DNA of 64,000 nucleotides from the human T2T-CHM13v2.0 reference genome, Homo sapiens, in NCBI RefSeq assembly GCF_009914755.1, contig NC_060947.1. One strand, written 5' to 3'. Positions 28,076-42,019 of the stretch are shown piece after piece; position 1 is the stretch's first letter; the number at the start of each line of letters is the position of its first letter. Below the pieces are notes generated by a model that was not told where the DNA came from, searched no databases, and saw nothing but the letters and a program-made list of their open reading frames with translations. A program made the position numbers and the translations under genes.

Positions 28076-28252
28076 CATGGTTCCCAACCATAGCTATACA
28101 ATAGAATTGTTTGAGGAGGTTTAAAAAATACTGATACGCTGGGCTGCCCTCCCCCAGAGATTCTGATTTAGTTGCTCTGGTGTGTGGTCTGGGCATGCAA
28201 ATGTTTTAAAGTTCCCAAGGTGATTCTTATGTGTAGCCAAGGTTGAGATGCT
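28076..28252. mobile_element. MER5A1-like (hAT-Charlie)
   Basis: ccccagagattctgatttagttg...gttcccaaggtgattcttatgtgtagccaaggttgaga. Confidence 0.75.
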
Positions 28253-28344
28253 GTATAAGAAAAAATACTACAAGATACAATAAGACTTGGACATCTGTAA
28301 CTTTTAACAAGACCTTACTGTCACCTGAAAGCTTCAACCTTAGC

Positions 28345-28527
28345 CAGAGGCTCTCGCCCTGTGATCCTCTGATTGCCTGAATCTGCTGGGGAGCATGTTA
28401 AATGCAGATTTCTGGATTCTACAGATGGAAGTTTTGATTCTTTAGATCTGGGATAAGGCCCATGTTTCTGCACTGAAACAAGCATCCTGCATGGCTCTGA
28501 GGCACACTACAGCCTCAGAACCTTGCG
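28345..28527. mobile_element. MER5-like (hAT-Charlie)
   Basis: ctggggagcatgttaaatgcagatttctgg. Confidence 0.5.
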
Positions 28528-28857
28528 TCCTAGAAATTGGCCACGCCCACCAACTGGGGGTACAAAGCCCTGTTCTAGATGATGTGGTGGGGTATGTAAA
28601 GAAAGAGTAAATCAAGGACCTCACAGCCTAGTAGGGGAGAGAAAAGCTATACATGAATAACTGAAAGTCATGGTACAGTAAAGAGGGTGCCATGGCAGAG
28701 GTATTTAGGTAGAAAATAAGAAATTTCTGATATTTAAACATTATTTTAAGGATTGGTAAAACTTCAATAGGTGGAAATCAGGCTAGAAAGGGTCAGGCCC
28801 ATACCACCATTCTCATTTCCTAGTCTGGAGCACTGCATCTTAATGTTGCCATGTTTT

Positions 28858-29236
<379 letters not shown>

Positions 29237-29500
29237 TGAATGCCCAGTGATGGCACTTATCATGGGTCATATAATTAGTATATGTTTAGTTTTTAATAAA
29301 TTTCCAAACTGTTTTTCAGGGGCTATACCATTTTACATTCCCACCAGCAATGTATGAATGAACTAGTTTCTCTACATCTTCACCAGCATTTGGTGTTGTT
29401 ACTATTTTCTTTTAATTTTAGCCATTCTGATAAGTGTACTGTAATGATATTTCATTATTGTTTTAATTTCATTTTCCTACTGATTAATGATGTTGAATAA

Positions 29501-29956
29501 TGCTATGGCTTGCATGTGTCCCCCATAGTTCATGTGTTGAAAAGTTCTTCCTCAATGCAACAGTATTGAGAGGTGGGACCTTTCAGAAATGATGAGGCCC
29601 ATGCTAGCTCTGCCCTCATGAATGGATTAATGCAGTTATCATGAAAGTAGGTTAGTTATCATTGGAGTGGATTCCTGATAAAAGGATGAGTTTGGGCCCC
29701 CTTCTCTCCTCTCTCTCTCACACATGCTTTCTTGCCCTTCCACCTTCCACCATGGGATGATGCAGCAACAAAGCCCTCACAAGACATAGGGTCCTCAAAC
29801 TTTGACTTCCAAGACTCCAGAAATGTACCCTAGAAATTTGTAAAATCATTATGTATCAATTAAAAATAAATAAAATCAAAAGAAATAAATCTCTGTTTTT
29901 TATAAACCGCCCAATCTCAGCTAATCTGCTATAACAGCACAAAACAGATCAAGACA
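29501..29956 (+). mobile_element. MaLR MST-family solo LTR containing a tiny L1MA 3' tail (about 29822-29883)
   Basis: tgctatgg...aagaca termini; ctctgccctcatgaatggattaat; TSD aataa/aacaa. Confidence 0.85.
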
Positions 29957-32900
29957 AACAACTTTTTATTGGCTTATTTTCCATTTGTATATTGTCTCCA
30001 GTGAAAGGTCTGCTCATTTGGTTTTCTCGTTTTCTAATTGAATTATTTGCTTTGTTACAGTTGAGTTTTAAAAATGCTTTATATATTCTAGACACTTAGT
30101 ACTGTGTTAGATATGTGGTTTGCAAATATTTTCTTCCAGTCTGTAGCTAGTTTTTTCATCTTTTTCACAAGTTCTTCCACAAAGCAGAAGTTTTTCAATT
30201 TGATGAGGTCCAATTTATCAATTTTTTTCTTTTATAAGTCATGTTTTTGGGATCATGAGTTAATTTATGCATATGCTATAAGGTTTAGACCAAGATTAAT
30301 GTCTTCCCTATGGTATCTAATTACAGTATTACCATTTGTTGAAAAAGCTATCATTCCTCCATTGAATTGCTTTTGCATCTTTGTAAAACAAATCATTAGC
30401 TCTTTCCCCATTAAGTATGATGTTAGCTGAACAACATACAGCTAACGTGAAAGGTTGGGGTTGTTTTTTCTCTTTTCTCTTTTTTTTTCCTTTTTCTTTT
30501 TTGTAGATGCTCTTTATCAAGTTGAGGAAGTTACCCTCTCTTCCTATTTTTGAGGGTTTTTTAAAAAAATCACAAAAAGATGTTGGATTTAGTCAATTTT
30601 TTTTTGCATTGATTAATATAATAATGTTGTTTTTCTCCTTTAGCCCGTTAATATGGTTGATTACATTGATTGATTTTTAAATACCAAACCAGCCTTGCAT
30701 CTCTGGAGTACACTCCATTTGGTTATAGTGTAGAATTGTTACATAGTGCTGAATTCTATTTGCTAATTTTAAAGTATTTTTGCATCTATGTTATGAGGGA
30801 TATTGGTATATAGTTACATGAATTTTTTTGTTTTTGCACTTTGTCTGGCTTTGGTATCAGGGTAAAACTGGCCTCATAAAGAGAGTTGAAAAAGCATTCC
30901 CCTCCCCTTTTCTGGAAGATATGTGGATAATTAGTGTGAATTGTTCATTAAACACTTGGTAAAAATCTCCAGTGAGACCACTGGACCAGGAGATGTATTT
31001 TTAGGGAGATTTAAAATTACAAATCCAATCTCCTTCATAATTATAGTACTATTCAAATTCTCTATTTTACATTGAGTGATTTTTGGTAGTTTGTGCTTTT
31101 CAAAGAATTGATACATTTTATCTAAGTTCTCAAATATATGCAAGCACAGTTGTTTATAGTATTCTTTTATGTTCTTTTAATGGCTCTAGAGTCAGTAGTG
31201 ATACCTTGTTTCATTCCTGGTGTTAGTAATTTGTGTCACCTCTTTTTTTTTTCTTTTTCAGTATTGCTAGAGATTTGTTAATTTTATATACCTTTTCAAA
31301 GAAGCAAGTTTTTTTTCCATTGATTTTCTGTACTTTTTTCTATTTTCAATTTCATTGATTTCTGCTCTTTGTTTTTTCTATCCTTCTCCTTGCTGGCTTT
31401 GTTTTGCCCTTCTTTTTCTAGATCTTTAAGGTGGAAGCTTAGATTATTGATTTGATCCTTTTTTCTAATGCAAACATTTAGTACAATACATTTTCTCTTT
31501 AACTCTACTTCAGTGAGATACCATAAATTATAGTATGTTGTATTTTCATTTTAACTTAGTTCAATGTATTTTTTATTTCCCTGAGGCTTCTTCTTTGATC
31601 CATGGATTATTTAGAAATGTGCTATATAGTTTCCAAATGTTTGGAAATTTTCCTGTTATTTTTCTCTTACTAATTTCTAGTTAAATCTCATTGTATCAGG
31701 GAATAAACCCTGAGCACTTTTAATTCTTTTAAATTTGTTGAGGTTTGTTTCATGGCCCAGAATACAGTGTATCTTGGTATTACGTTCCATGGGTGCTTGA
31801 AAAGAACATGCATTCTGCTGTTGTTGGATAGAGTATTCTATAAATATCGATAAGATCATTTTGGTTGATCAACACCGGTGTTGTTGGGCTCTTTTATGGC
31901 TTTGCTGATGTTCTGTGTGGTCGTTCTATCGCTTGTTGAGAGGGGTGTTGAAGTCTCAACTGCAACTGTGGACCTATTTTTCCTTTCAGTTCTATCAGTT
32001 TTCGGTTCACAAATTTTTCAGCTCTGCAGTTCAGTACATACACATTTAGGATTCTTAGTGGATTGGCTCTTTTATCATTATATAATGATCCTCTCTGTTC
32101 CTGCCTTTCTGTAGATTATTTGAACATTGTTTTAGAATTCAGTTTTGATTTTTCTATATTAGTTTATCTCTTTGTACAACTTTTAAGTGGTTGTTCTAGG
32201 TATTACATTATACATACATAACTTATCACAGTCTACTAATGTCATTATTTCGCCAGCCTGGGGGAAAAATAGAAACTTGATCTCTCTTTGTATTCCTTTA
32301 CCTTCCCTCGTTTATAATATAATTGTCTTGATTAGTCCCCTTGCCTATATTGACAATGAGTTCAGGGTAGTGTTATTGTTTTTGTTTCAACCATCAAAAA
32401 TAATTCAGAAAATTCAAAAGGAGAAAAAAAATCTACAGTATTCGCTTCTACTTTTATTCATCATATTACTCTTTCTTCCTGATAATCTGAGACTATTTTA
32501 GTTATTATTTCTTGTCTGCGTATAGAAGTTCATGAACCATTTTTCCTCACTGGCATCATATTCCCTTAATCTTCATGTGAAGATTCATGTCTTGAATTCA
32601 CCTTCATTCTTGGAGGATATTTTTGCTTGATATAAAATTTTGGATTGATAGTTCTTTTCTTTCAGCACTTAGGTCACTTTTTTTCTGTCCTCTATGGTTT
32701 CTAATGAGAAAATCATAATTATCTGAATTGTCTTCCCCATCTGTAAAACGCCATTTCTCCCTTCATGATTTCAAATTTTCCTTTTTCTATTTAGTTTTCA
32801 GAATTTTTATGGTGATTTGTCTAGGCCTGGATATCTTTTGGTTTATCCCATTTGGGTTAGCTCAACTTCTTGATTTTGTATGTTTATTTCTTTTGTCAAA

Positions 32901-33224
32901 TTTTGGAAATTTTACTCATTATTTTTTGAATACTTTTTTCAGCTCTTCGTTTGAGACTCAGGGGGAGTTGACATGAATGCTAGATCTTTTGTTACAGTCT
33001 CACATGTCTCTGAGGTTGTGTTCATTTTTCCCTATCTATGTGCTCTCTGTTATACAAATTGGGAAGGTTTTATTGCTCTATTTTCAACTTCAATGATTTA
33101 TTTCCTCTGTCTTGTCCATTCTGTTGTTAGGCCATCCATTAAATATTTTAGATTCATTTTTGTGTTTCTCAACTCTAAAGTTTCAATTTTGTTTCCTCTT
33201 TACATCTTTTTTTTCTGATATTTT

Positions 33225-33583
33225 CTATTATTTTAATTTTTAGTTTAGGTTCAGCGGTACATGTGCAGGCATGTTATGCAGGTAAATTGCATATCACAGG
33301 AGTTTGGTGTACAGATTATTTTGTCACCCAGGTAATAAGCATAGCACCCAATATGTAGTTTTTTGATCCTCTCCATCCTACCACCCTCCACTCTCATGTA
33401 GGCCACAGCGTCTGTTGTTTCCTTTTTTGTGTCCATGTGTTCTCAATGTTTAGCCCCCACTTATAAGTAAGAACATACATTATTTGGTTTTCTGTTCCTG
33501 CGGTAGTTGGCTTAAGATAATAGCCTCTATCTCCATCTTTGTTGCTATGAAGGACATGGTCTTCTTCTTTTTTATGGCTGCAT
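33225..33583 (-). mobile_element. L1PA15/16-like 3' end
   Basis: ggtacatgtgcagg...gtttggtgtacagattattttgtcacccaggtaataagcatag. Confidence 0.85.
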
Positions 33584-33589
33584 ATGTTG

Positions 33590-33899
<310 letters not shown>

Positions 33900-34621
33900 C
33901 TTCTAGAAGTATTTTTATAATAACGCCTTTAAAATATTTTTTGGCTAATTCTAACATCTCTGTCATCAACAGTAGTTGGCATCTACTGATTGTCTTTCTT
34001 CATTGTTAGAGATCTTTCTGGTTCTTTGTGTAACAAGTGAGTTTTTATTGAATCTTGGACATTCTTATATTATGTCAGAGACTTTGGCTCTTACTTAAAC
34101 CTTTGGTTTTAGCTGGTTTCCTATGACACTGTTTTAGCAGGGAAAGGGGAGACACAGCCTTCTTACTGACAGATGGAAGAAGTCTAGGCTCACCAGTTGG
34201 CCTCCATTGATAACTGTTGGGGGCAGTGGGGTCATTACTGCTGTGAAGCGTTGGCAGTTTTGGGTTCTCATATGGTCTCCTTTATACCCAACTGTTTGGG
34301 AGGGGTTAGAATGCCTTAGTACAGCTCTTCATCTGGAGTCACTGACACAGGGCAGGTATAGGAGTGTGCAGTGGATTATTTTCCATTGGGTAGTAATGAA
34401 GTCCTGACTCTCCACTAGGCCTCCTCTGCCACCACCCTAGAAGGTACACTGGAGCACCTTTTTACAGCCTGTTAAGGATGGAAGTCTAGGCACCCTACTA
34501 GGAATTTACTTGCTTGGGTTCATTAATGCCACAGTATTTTCTATGGGGTTTGGCTGGAGTAGAGCAGTTATTACCTGAAAGTTTCCACTCTTGCTAGATT
34601 GCCCCTTTCCTTGTCCTCTAG

Positions 34622-35087
<466 letters not shown>

Positions 35088-35246
35088 TGTTCTATTTTTT
35101 GAAGTCCAAAGTGTTTAGCTGTACTTAGTGGGAAGAATAGTGGTGGTGGGGGGAAGAATGTCTACTCTATCTTTCTGTATATGGAAGTCTCCAAATTTAT
35201 TTTGAAATTCAGAATTTGGGGGATTTTAAGATGTTAATGTGATGCA

Positions 35247-35421
35247 CAATGGTTCTCAAATGAGTGTGCATCAGAATTTCCTGGAGGGCTTGTTTAAACA
35301 GATTTCTGGGCTCATGTCCCAGATATTCTGATTGAGTAAATGTGGGTGGGGGTTGGGAATTTGTATTTCTAACAAATCCTATCCAATACTGCTGTTTAAG
35401 GATCACATTTTAAGACTACTG
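35247..35421. mobile_element. MER5A
   Basis: tggttctcaaa...gcatcagaatttcctggagggcttgtttaaacagatt. Confidence 0.75.
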
Positions 35422-36105
35422 CCTTAAGATATTTAGCTCAATGATTCTCAACTTTGACTGCTTATTAGAGTCATTTGGTGAGCTTTTTTTTTTTTTTTAA
35501 AGAATGTCCAAGCACTACCCATTCTCTACCCCCCAGATATTTTGATTCTGTTGGTGTGGAGTGAGACCTGGGAATTCTGTAGTTTTAAAAGTTTCCCAGA
35601 CAAGAATGTTCATAGCAGAGTTATTTATAATAGCTAAAAAGTGGAAATAACCTAAATATCCATCAACTAATGAATAGATAACAAAAATATGTTATATTTA
35701 TACAATGGAATATTTAACCATAAAAAGAAATGAAATATTATACATGCTACAACATGGATGAACCTTGACAACATATGTAAAGTGAAATGAGCCAATCATG
35801 AAAGGTCACATAGTATATGATTCCATTTACATGAAATGTCTAGAATAGGCAAATCCATAGAGCCCAAACTTAGACTAGTGGTTGTCAGGGCTGGTAGTGT
35901 TGTATGTGTTGGGGGGATGCTATGGTTTGAATGTCTTATCTAAAACTCATGTTGAAACTTAACCTCAAAGTGGTAGTATTGAGAAATGGGGCCTTTCAGA
36001 GGCGATTGGATCATGAGGGCCCTCCCATCATGAGTAGATTAATACAATAATGGATTAAATGGTTAATGGATTAATGGGTTGTCATGGGAGTGAGACTAGT
36101 GGCTT

Positions 36106-36107
36106 GC

Positions 36108-36156
<49 letters not shown>

Positions 36157-36443
36157 TTGTAGAGACAGGTTCTCACTCTGTCACCCAGGCTAGAGTGCAG
36201 TGATGGGATTAGAGCTCACTGCAGCCTCCAATTCCTGGGCTCAAGTAATCCTTCCAGTTCAGCCTTCCAAGTAGCCAGGACTACAGGTGCATGTCACCAT
36301 GCCTGGCTCAGTTTTTTATGTTTTGTAGAGATGGGGTCTCACTATGTTGCCCAGGCTGATCTCAAACTCCTGGCCTCAAGTGATCATCCCACCTTGGTCT
36401 CCCAAAGTGTTTGGATTACAGGTGTGAGCCACTGTGCCCAGCC
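36106..36443 (-). mobile_element. AluJ
   Basis: Perfect 14-bp TSD gagactagtggctt (36092-36105 and 36444-36457). Confidence 0.95.
36109..36156. repeat. (CTAT)12 / GATA tetranucleotide STR in the Alu tail
   Basis: 12 uninterrupted units counted. Confidence 0.95.
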
Positions 36444-37173
36444 GAGACTAGTGGCTTTATAAGAAGAGGAAGACAGACTTGAGCTAGCATGCTCAGTCAC
36501 CTTGCCATGTTGGGACTCTAGAAAGTGCCCACCAGCAAGAAGGCTGTCACCAGATGCAGTCCCTCAACCTTGGACTTCTCAGCCTCCATAACTGCAAGAA
36601 ATGAATTCCTTTTTAAAATAAATTACCTAGTTTCAGGCATTCTGTTATAAGCAACAGAAAACTGACTAAGAAGAGGGAAATAGAAAATGACCGCTAGTGG
36701 CTATGGAGTGGTTTGCTTTTGGAGGTGAAGAAATATCCTGGACTTAGAGAGTTGTGATGGTTATATGACTTTATGAACATACTAGACACCATTGAATTGT
36801 ATTATTTAACAAGATGAATTTTATGGTATGTGAATTTTGTTGTGATAAAAAAAAATCCCTCTCAGGTGATATGCAATATATCCCAGTAACTGAAACAACG
36901 CAGCATTATACCTCACAGGAAGTTGCAAATGTTGACAGGAATGATTGAGATTTTTAAAGTCCAGGTAAAGGATTTGTAATTATTTCTTTAAGTTAATGTT
37001 TTCTAAACTTTTCTGAGCAGAAGAATCACCTGAGAACTTGCTAAAAATGTAGAGTTCCAGACCCCTCCAGTGAGGATTTAGATCTTGGATTGTGATCAGA
37101 TTTAGGTTAAGAGTGATACTTATAATCTGTTTTTGTTTGTTTGTTTGTTTTAACAATACCTGGAGTGATTTTG

Positions 37174-37780
37174 TTGGTGGTTTTTTTTTTAAATTAATTT
37201 CAGTAGATTTAGGGCTACATGCGGTTTTTGGCTACATGAATTACTTGTACAGTGGTGAGGTCTGAAATTTGAGTGCACCTGTCACCTAGGTAGTGTACAT
37301 TGTACCCAATATGTAGTTTTTTATCCCTCATCCCCCTTTTACCCTCCCCACTTCTGAGTCGCCAATGTCCATTATGCCACTCTGTATGCCTTTGTGTACC
37401 CATAACTTAGCTCCCACTTGTAAGTGACAACATACAGCAGCATTTTGGTTTTCCATTACTGAGTTACTTCACTTAGAATAATGGCCTCCAATTCCATCCA
37501 AGTTGCTGCAAAATACATTATTTCATTATTTTTATGGCTGAGTAGTATTCCATAAATACACAATATATACTATATTTTACTTATCCACTCATTGGTTGAT
37601 GGGCACTTAAGTTGGTTCCACATGTTTGCAACTGTGAATTGTGCTGCGATAAATGTATGTGTGCAGGTATCTTTTTCATTAATGACTTCTTTTCCTTTAG
37701 ATAGATACCCAGTAGTGGGATTGCCGGATTAAATGCATGGTAGATCTACTTTCAGTCTTTGAGAAATCTCCATTCTATTT
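37174..37780 (-). mobile_element. L1PB 3' end inserted in a MER5-like element
   Basis: gagttacttcacttagaataatggcctcca; perfect 15-bp TSD cctggagtgattttg (37159-37173 and 37781-37795). Confidence 0.9.
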
Positions 37781-38474
37781 CCTGGAGTGATTTTGATGTT
37801 CAGGCAAATTTGGGAAACAGCCTTAAGTGATGAGAAGCCAATGAAAGCTTTTTCTCTTTTAATTGAAAATTGTTATTTTCTCAAATATCTCTTTGTTTTG
37901 GTAGTTGATTAGACTGGAGTTAATTTAACCAGAATTTTAATTTATTACACCTGTTTGTCAAGGAGCAATTAAGTGTATTTCTGTTGTGTTAAACATTAGG
38001 AAATGGTCTATTTGTAAAGTCTATTCGATTTCAAGTCTAATTATGTATCTGTAGTTAGTTCCCACAGTTAACAGATGTGAATTTGTGTCAACTGCAGATT
38101 TCTAACTGTTTTCTCATCGTTTCTCCCATGTTGTTCCTTCTTCATTTTATCTATGTGTAGCACATTTCTAACATTTACATCATTTATCCAATGTTTTGCA
38201 AAATGGAAAATTTCCCTACTGACAGCTTTTTAAAAAATTCAAACAACAAAGAAAAAAATTAAAGTTATTCACAGACTCTTGTACTTCCCAGAAATAACTT
38301 CTGTTAACACTGTGGTATATATACTTCCAGATATTTTATGCACATATACAAAAATGGAATCATACTATACCTTCTGTCTTTTTTAGTTAATATGTTGAAG
38401 ATCCTTTTGTGTCAATGCTTTAAATATCTACCTTGTCTACCTTAATGATTGCATGGTATTATATTGTATGTATA

Positions 38475-38792
38475 CAACTGTCCCTTGGTGTCCCACCGCA
38501 GGGGACTGGTTCCAGGACTCCCTCAGAAAACAAAGTTGGAGGATGCTCAAGTCCCTTATATAAAATGGCAGTATTTGCATATCATCTACGCTCATCCTCC
38601 CATATACTTTAAATCATCTCTAGATTATTTACAATAATGAAAACAATGTAAATGCTATATAAATAATTGCTATACTATATTGTTTTAAAATTTGCATTAC
38701 TTTTATTGTTGTACTCTTATTTTTAAAATATTTTCCATTTGTGGTTGGTTAAATCAGTGGATGTGGAACCCATGGAAATGGATAGCCAATTG
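38475..38792. mobile_element. MER2 (TcMar-Tigger MITE)
   Basis: ggatgctcaagtcccttatataaaatggc...ggatgtggaacccatgga; TA on both flanks. Confidence 0.88.
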
Positions 38793-39559
38793 TATATTAT
38801 TACTTATGTAATCAGTATCCTTTTGAAAGACTTAAATGATGGTCCAATACTATACCACTTTTTGAATGAATGAAGTAGATCTGCATGTGCTGCCATAAAA
38901 AGATATCCAGGAAGTAATATATGGTTAAAAGAAAACCCTAAACTAAATTGCAGAACAGTATGTGAGCTATGGTCCTATTTTTGTAAAAATGTTTGTGACA
39001 TGTATGTATATAGACATATACCTACATACCTAGAATACACACATACTCACACCTAGAAAAATGCCTGGAATATAACATATCAAATGTTAACAGTAATTAC
39101 CTCTGATGAGTGAGACATTTATTTTTTTGGTTACACATCTGTATAATCACAATTCTGAATTTGTTACAATGAATAAGCAAAGCATTTTTTTTGTAGCTAT
39201 ATATATATATTCAGGATATATATGTTTAGAATATATAAATTTGGAATAGATATATGAAATTCCATGTGGAAGTTGTGTTTTTGTGAAAGTTGACAGTTTT
39301 AGAGCAGGAGTATGTAAACAATTAGAGCTGAGCCTTAGTTTAATCTGGAGAAAGGCATGTACCAAGGACAAGGATAGATGGCAGAGACACTACAGAAAGG
39401 AAAAACCATAGGACCTGACAACTAATTCTATGTAAGCACAGAGATAAGGGTGAGTTAAAAAAAGCTCACTCAAAGAGCTTTGGAGATAGCATTAACCTGA
39501 GTAGGGAAGCCAGAGGAGCTGATTTTAAAAGGAAAATCATGACTTCAGAGCCTAGAAAG

Positions 39560-40170
39560 ATATATTAGTTGCCTACTGTTACAAAATAAATTACCCTCAA
39601 ACTTAGTGGCTTAAAACACCAATAATCATCTATTATTTATATGGCTTCTGTAGATCAGGAATTCAGACTTAGGCTCAGCAAGGAAAAGTTGTTTCTGTCT
39701 CATGATGTCTGTGTCCTCAGCTGGAAGATCCAAAAGCTGAGAGCTGGAAATCATCTGATGGCTCTTTCACTCACATTATCTCACAACTGATGTCAGGCTG
39801 GTGACAGGTGTCAGCTAGGGGCCTAGCTGGGACTGTCAGCCAGAACATCAACATGGAGCCTCTTCATGTGGTCTGGCTTCCTCACAACATAGTGGCTGCG
39901 TTCCAAAGGAGAGCATCCTGACAGAGAGAGAGAGAGAGATCCAGGTGGAAGCCATATTTCCTGTTAGAAGCTTGCCTTGGACATCACGCAGCATTGCCAC
40001 CACTGTACACCATGGACCAGTGTGGTTATAAGCCCCCTTCCCCACATTTGAGAGTGGGAAACACAGACCCCACCTCCCAGTGGGAAGAGTGTTAGTCACA
40101 TTACATTGTAAGGGCATGTGGGGTGGGATAAATGTATAGGTATGGCCATCTTTTAAAAATGAATCTGTTA
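39560..40170 (-). mobile_element. MaLR LTR (MLT1G/H-like)
   Basis: aaattaccctcaaacttagtggcttaaaaca...ggcttcctcacaacatagtggctg. Confidence 0.7.
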
Positions 40171-40529
40171 CACTGTATCATACTTTAAGGTGAATTCGAC
40201 TATTCATGGCTTAATGAATTATCACTTCGAGAAAGACAGGCATTTGGCTAAGGAACCCAGCAGCCCACAATGCCTTAACCTAAATAAATAACTCACTAAA
40301 GGTGGGGAAGCTACATTGTTAAGGGGGGACCATGATTTGAGGAAGGGTGCTTTAATCTTTAAAAGGCTCAATATAAACATTAAAAAGACTCAAAAAGTCT
40401 TTAACATGGCATACACAGTCCTCTATGATCTGGCTTTTTGCTGAATTCTTGGGTTTCATCTTCCAACTATTCCTTAACTCACACCTTAAGTACAAGGTAT
40501 GCCAAATGTCTGGAAGTTCTTTGAACATA

Positions 40530-40990
40530 CTATTTGAGGTCAGGTTCTCTAGAAGCAGGGATTCAGGTCCTTGTAATTTACTACAGGAGAGTTTTAGGAA
40601 GAAGTGGGTGAGGGAAGCAGGATAGGGCAGGGGAGGAACCTAAGCAAGAATGTGGACTCACTTAGAGAGAGGGTTCGGCTACTTCCCCAAATCTGGAAAT
40701 CATGAATGGCACCACAAAGATGATCCCATCTTATATAAAATGGCAATATTTGCATATCATCTACGCTCATCCTCCCATATACTTTAAATGGTCCCATCTT
40801 TGTTAGGCAGTCATTGGCTGCAGGTTGCGGGAGACGGCGAGGGGGATATGACTTGGTGCCAAAGAGGCTCCCATTCTTGAGGAGAACTTTCCAGAGAAGG
40901 GAAGGGGGCAGCCGACATTCACAGCAGCTGTGGGATGGGTGCACTGGCCAATAAAGAGCACCTGAGCAGACCACTAGTTGGGGCTACCAC
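40530..40990 (-). mobile_element. ERVL LTR33-like LTR
   Basis: gggtgagggaagcaggatagggcagggga...cacagcagctgtgggatgggtgcac. Confidence 0.65.
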
Positions 40991-41070
40991 ACACATTAAT
41001 CTGTTTCAAGGCCTCAGACCCTGGCTCCTACTAGTCCCTTTATTTTGGAAGACAACTGCTTCTCTTTTTC

Positions 41071-41623
<553 letters not shown>

Positions 41624-41828
41624 TGAACACTAAGTAAGTGATTTCTGTGGCCCTACAAGGCCAGCCAGCTCTGCTATCAATAGTTCTTCATTCTCCATTG
41701 GTAGAAGGGAAACAGGCAAAATTGGGAAAATTAAGTTATTTATGACAAATAAGCTAGGTATGGCGGTTCTCACTACACCTAAGTAAAAACATGATTTTAC
41801 TATTGTTACATTTTAAAGGACCTGTTTA

Positions 41829-42019
41829 CAAAAAAGGGAACAACAGACAGTGGGGCCTACTTGAAGGTGGAGGGTGGGAGGAGGGAGAGGAGCAGAAAAA
41901 ATAACCATTAGATCCTAGGCCTAGTCCAACATATTCCTGTGACATGAGTTTGCCTATATAACAAACCTTCACATGTACTCCCAAACCTAAAATAAAAGTT
42001 AAAATAAAATAAAATAAAA
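41829..42019 (+). mobile_element. L1PA13-like 3' end
   Basis: ggtggagggtgggaggagggagaggagcagaaaaaataac...aacctaaaataaaagtt; TSD taaaggac(c/a)tgtt. Confidence 0.85.

Larger units (their letters stand above)
35918..36672 (+). mobile_element. MaLR LTR (MSTD-like) containing an AluJ
   Basis: tgctatggtttgaatgtc start; caccagcaagaaggc...gttataagcaacagaaaactgactaag end. Confidence 0.85.
35600..36855 (+). mobile_element. L1MB 3' end, interrupted by an MST LTR
   Basis: catgctacaacatggatgaaccttga...gaaatgtctagaataggcaaatccatagag; resumes at about 36673. Confidence 0.85.
35438..36902. mobile_element. MER5A1-like element split by L1MB (pieces about 35438-35600 and 36856-36902)
   Basis: caatgattctcaactttgactg...aaaagtttcccag, resuming as caggtgatatgcaat...actgaaacaac. 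Confidence 0.55.
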
